Shown: piece after piece, positions 60,937 through 64,000 of the stretch
Position numbering within the stretch: the stretch's first letter is position 1
How the letters are laid out: each line of letters begins with the position of its first letter
Assembly (NCBI GenBank): GCA_038046005.1
Contig: JBBSXB010000007.1
Coordinates: 586-64,585 of the forward strand
Origin: Nanobdellota archaeon
GTDB taxonomy: Archaea; Nanobdellota; Nanobdellia; Pacearchaeales; GW2011-AR1
Direction: 5' to 3'
DNA: 64,000 bases
The notes under the pieces: model-generated
The model's database searches: none
Seen by the model: the letters and a program-made list of their open reading frames with translations, nothing else
Told to the model about the DNA's origin: nothing
Made by a program: the position numbers and the translations under genes

Positions 60937-61494
60937 ATGTTACATATGGAACAAAAAGATTACAAACTTGAAATAATTGATTCTTTGCTGGAAAAGAACC
61001 GGCATATACGGGCTCTTGCCAAAAAACTTAAAGTAAACCATATGATCATTCTTAGAAAGCTTAAGGATTTGTATGATGGAAATATTGTTGATTATACTGA
61101 AGAGGGAAAAAACAAAGTCTATTTTTTGAAAAAAACAACAGAAGCTAAGTCTTATGTATTTATAACTGAAAATTACAAGCTTAGCAAGATTTTGAAAAAA
61201 CACCCTTTTTTAAGAAATATAATTGAGAAAACACAAGAAAATAATAAAATAAAGATAGCTGTTTTGTTTGGCTCTTATGCTAAAGACACAGAAAAAGATA
61301 AAAGTGATATAGATATTTATGTAGAGACGATAAATAGAAAAATAAAAAAAGATTTAGAATCTATTAATTCAAGAGTTAGTGTTAAAATTGGAAAATATGA
61401 CAAAAAAAGTCCATTAATCAAGGAAATTGAAAAAAATCATATTATAATAAAAGGAGTTGAAGAGTTTTATGGGAGATATAAATTTTTTGATTAA
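60937..61494 (+). CDS. winged-helix plus minimal nucleotidyltransferase (MNT) protein
   Basis: HTH (HIRALAKKLKVNHMIILRKLKDL) and the NTase motif GSYAKDTEKDKSDIDIYV. Confidence 0.75.
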   Translation: MLHMEQKDYKLEIIDSLLEKNRHIRALAKKLKVNHMIILRKLKDLYDGNIVDYTEEGKNKVYFLKKTTEAKSYVFITENYKLSKILKKHPFLRNIIEKTQENNKIKIAVLFGSYAKDTEKDKSDIDIYVETINRKIKKDLESINSRVSVKIGKYDKKSPLIKEIEKNHIIIKGVEEFYGRYKFFD

Positions 61495-61942
61495 ATTAAA
61501 AAAAGAAAAAAAGATTAGCTTGGTTGAACCGAGCGATGAGCTGAGAAAATCTTATTTGCAGAAATCTGAAAGCAATTTAATCTCTGCAAAATTACTGCTT
61601 AAAAATGGGAGATTGGAAGAGTCTGTATCTTTGGCTTATTACAGCATGTACAATATTTTAATATCCTTGTTTTTTAAGACTGGAATAAAGAGCGAGAATC
61701 ATTCTGCTACATTAATTTTGCTTAAGGAAATCTATGGTTTAGATAATTCATTCATTCTTTTTGCAAAAAAAGAGAGAATTGATAAACAATACTATGTTGA
61801 TTTTAGCGTAACAAAAGAGGAAGTTAGTGATTTAATCAAACAAGCTGAGGAATTTAATGCGAGCTTGCTTGATTTTGTATCAAAGCTAACAAATGAGGGA
61901 ATTAAAATGCATAGAACTAAATTTATTAGTTTGCTAAACTAA
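61457..61942 (+). CDS. HEPN domain protein
   Basis: Helical 161 aa that overlaps the MNT gene by 38 nt. It has an ...AKKERIDKQYY... region like the first HEPN. The start may be an internal ATG. Confidence 0.6.
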   Translation: MKSFMGDINFLIKLKKEKKISLVEPSDELRKSYLQKSESNLISAKLLLKNGRLEESVSLAYYSMYNILISLFFKTGIKSENHSATLILLKEIYGLDNSFILFAKKERIDKQYYVDFSVTKEEVSDLIKQAEEFNASLLDFVSKLTNEGIKMHRTKFISLLN

Positions 61943-61956
61943 TAAAAGGTGATAAA

Positions 61957-62895
61957 ATGTATGACTTAATTATTGTTGGTGCTGGGCCTGCAGGAATAAC
62001 TGCTGCAATTTATGCGGCTAGAAGAAAGATTAATTTTATAATCATAAGTTTAGATGTTGGAGGTCAGATGTCATGGAGTTCTGATGTTGATAATTATCCT
62101 GGAATAACACATATTTCGGGAGTTGAACTCGCAAATAATTTTAGAAAACATCTAGAGATTTATGGAATAAAAATAAAACAAGAGGAGATAGAAAAGATAT
62201 CTAAAAAAAAGAATATTTGTGTTGTTAAAACAAAGAAAAACACTTACGAGTCCAAAGCTGTTCTGATTGCTTCTGGAAAATCCCCTAAGAAGCTTGGAGT
62301 TCTAGGCGAGGAAGAATTTTTAGGCAAAGGAGTTAATTATTGTGCTGTTTGTGATGCTCCTCTTTATGGAAATAAAACAGTTGTTGTTGTCGGAGGGGGA
62401 AATTCTGGAATGGATGCTGCTTTGTTTTTGTCTAAGTATGCTAAAAAAATTTATATTCTAGAATCAAGGCCAGAAATAACTGGTGAGAGTTATATGAAAG
62501 AAAAAGTTTTGCATAATAATAAAATAGAGATTATTACTAGAGTAAATGTTAAAGAAATTAAAGGAAAGGATTTTGTTAAATTTTTAGTTTACGAAAAAGA
62601 TGGAAAAAATACGGAATTAAAGGTTGATGGAGTTTTTGTTGAGATAGGACTAGTTACTAAAGCTGATTTTACAGATGTTCAAAAAAATAGATGGGGGGAT
62701 ATAATGATCTTTAGGAGTACTAAGACACACGATGAAAATATGACTAGTGTTCCTGGAATTTTTGCTGCGGGAGATGTTACTGATATTCCTGCAAAACAGA
62801 TTGTTGTTGCTGCAGGGGAGGGATGCAAGGCATTTTTGGCGGCTTCTGATTATGTTTCTAGGTGGGATGCAAAACATAAAGGAAATAAACAATGA
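61957..62895 (+). CDS. trxB: thioredoxin-disulfide reductase
   Basis: FAD motif IIVGAGPAGITAAIYAAR, redox CAVCDA, NADPH motif VVVGGGNSGMDAA, and GIFAAGDV. Confidence 0.9.
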   Translation: MYDLIIVGAGPAGITAAIYAARRKINFIIISLDVGGQMSWSSDVDNYPGITHISGVELANNFRKHLEIYGIKIKQEEIEKISKKKNICVVKTKKNTYESKAVLIASGKSPKKLGVLGEEEFLGKGVNYCAVCDAPLYGNKTVVVVGGGNSGMDAALFLSKYAKKIYILESRPEITGESYMKEKVLHNNKIEIITRVNVKEIKGKDFVKFLVYEKDGKNTELKVDGVFVEIGLVTKADFTDVQKNRWGDIMIFRSTKTHDENMTSVPGIFAAGDVTDIPAKQIVVAAGEGCKAFLAASDYVSRWDAKHKGNKQ

Positions 62896-63230
62896 AATTT
62901 AAAGAATTCATAAAACCTAAACTTGTAAAAGTTGTTGTTTTTATTATTATTGGTGGATATTTTACCTTTTTCTCGAACTCTATAATTGAACCTTCATGTC
63001 AAAGTGAAAAAATCTACATCCCTGAGGGAATTTTGGCGAATTTGATGCTTTGTCCTCATTTTTATGGCAACCCTTTACCAGCTAGGACTAATGATCCAAG
63101 AACAATTGACTATGTTATTGATAATTATGGAATTCCTAACTATATTACAATTGTAATTGACATTTTATTTTGGTATATAATAAGCTGTGTTGTTGTTGAA
63201 TTATACTATTTACTAAGGAATAAAAAATGA
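62892..63230 (+). CDS. membrane protein
   Basis: 112 aa with N- and C-terminal TM helices. It has ATGA overlaps with both neighbours. Confidence 0.45.
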   Translation: MKFKEFIKPKLVKVVVFIIIGGYFTFFSNSIIEPSCQSEKIYIPEGILANLMLCPHFYGNPLPARTNDPRTIDYVIDNYGIPNYITIVIDILFWYIISCVVVELYYLLRNKK

Positions 63231-64000
63231 AATTCATTTCAAAGGCTAGAAATTTGGAAGGGAAAAGAATTTTGCTTAGATCAGACATTAATTCTGATGT
63301 TGTTAATGGCAGGGTTTTTATTTCTGGGAGAATAAAAGAAGCATCAAAAACAATAAAATTTTTGAAAAATAAAAGGGCCAGAATTGTTGTTGTAGCTCAT
63401 CAAGGGCAAAAGGGAAAAGAAGATTTTATAAGTTTGAAAGAGCATTCAAAAATTCTTAGTAAATTTGTTAAGATAAAGTTTGTAAAGGATGTTGTTGGAG
63501 AAAAAGCTGTAAAGGCAATAAAAAAATTGAAAAATGGCGATGTGCTTTTACTTGATAATTTAAGATTTTTAGATGAAGAAACAAATCCGAGTGTAAAAAA
63601 CAATAGGTTGACTAAAGTACTAGTTCCTTTATTTGATTTATACGTAAATGATGCTTTTTCTGTCTGCCACAGGGAGCATACTTCAATGGTTGAATTCCCA
63701 AAAAAACTTCCTGGTTTTGCGGGTTTATTGTTGGAAAAGGAGCTTAATGCTCTTAAAAAAATAAAAATGAATGGCTCGGTTTACATTTTAGGCGGAGCAA
63801 AACCCAAAGATTATATCCCTCTTCTTGGAGAAAATAAAGTTTTGTCATGCGGTTTATTTGGGCAGTCGTGTTTAGTTGCTCAAGGAAAAAATCTTGGTTT
63901 TCAGGATAAATATCTTGAAAAAGAGGCTGATTTGAATAGTGAACTAAAAGAAAAATTAAAAAATAAAATGAGAAATGTTGTAACTCCTTCAGATTTTGCA
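63227..64000 (+). CDS. pgk: phosphoglycerate kinase (3' end outside window)
   Basis: My own translation from the ATG at 63227 gives MKFISKARNLEGKRILLRSDINSDV...VVVAHQGQKG...LLLDNLRFLDEE..., the PGK N-domain motifs. The frame is open to the window end. Confidence 0.9.
   Translation, partial: MKFISKARNLEGKRILLRSDINSDVVNGRVFISGRIKEASKTIKFLKNKRARIVVVAHQGQKGKEDFISLKEHSKILSKFVKIKFVKDVVGEKAVKAIKKLKNGDVLLLDNLRFLDEETNPSVKNNRLTKVLVPLFDLYVNDAFSVCHREHTSMVEFPKKLPGFAGLLLEKELNALKKIKMNGSVYILGGAKPKDYIPLLGENKVLSCGLFGQSCLVAQGKNLGFQDKYLEKEADLNSELKEKLKNKMRNVVTPSDFA

Overview
This is a visibly AT-rich, gene-dense archaeal chromosome segment. The information-processing genes are clearly archaeal: TFB, SRP54/FtsY, ribosomal proteins eS1 (S3Ae), eL42 (L44e), eS8 and eS17, an Sm-like protein, tRNA-splicing endonuclease EndA, RNase Z, a GINS-like protein, Bud32, and archaeal-type LeuRS and GlyRS. 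I read seven intron-less tRNAs by eye (Gln, Thr, Val, Leu, Arg, Cys, Met/CAT), none with an encoded CCA. Many genes start about 25 nt after a TTTAAATA-type TATA box (leaderless) or follow a GGAGGTGA-like Shine-Dalgarno sequence. Several neighbouring genes overlap by ATGA. Scattered glycolytic genes are present: a class I GAPDH, PGK, ApgM and a histidine-phosphatase PGM-like gene. The mix of a small-genome style with huge secreted proteins suggests a DPANN-like, host-associated archaeon, but that is inference only. Five accessory regions stand out. (1) At 12.4-21.9 kb a two-gene module ends in a 2,558-aa secreted giant carrying two lytic-transglycosylase domains and a CAP/SCP domain. (2) At 29.7-46.6 kb a ~17-kb cluster of sequon-rich, membrane-anchored surface proteins shares reshuffled modules. 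It contains a 422-bp perfect direct repeat between a 1,501-aa gene and a truncated downstream paralog, a double-HTH tail fused to that surface protein, a nuclease-like/RHH module fused in frame to a 1,521-aa surface protein, and a homopolymer frameshift. (3) A free-standing LAGLIDADG endonuclease ORF runs into tRNA-Leu. (4) At 55.2-61.9 kb four toxin-antitoxin pairs (two HEPN/MNT, VapBC, MazEF-like) and an S8 protease are interleaved with housekeeping genes. (5) Several small RNA or regulatory candidates occur: an identical 19-nt leader in front of two ribosomal-protein genes, a GC-rich island flanked by twin hairpins, and operator-like repeats around the glyS promoter. I saw no rRNA, CRISPR array, integrase or transposase.
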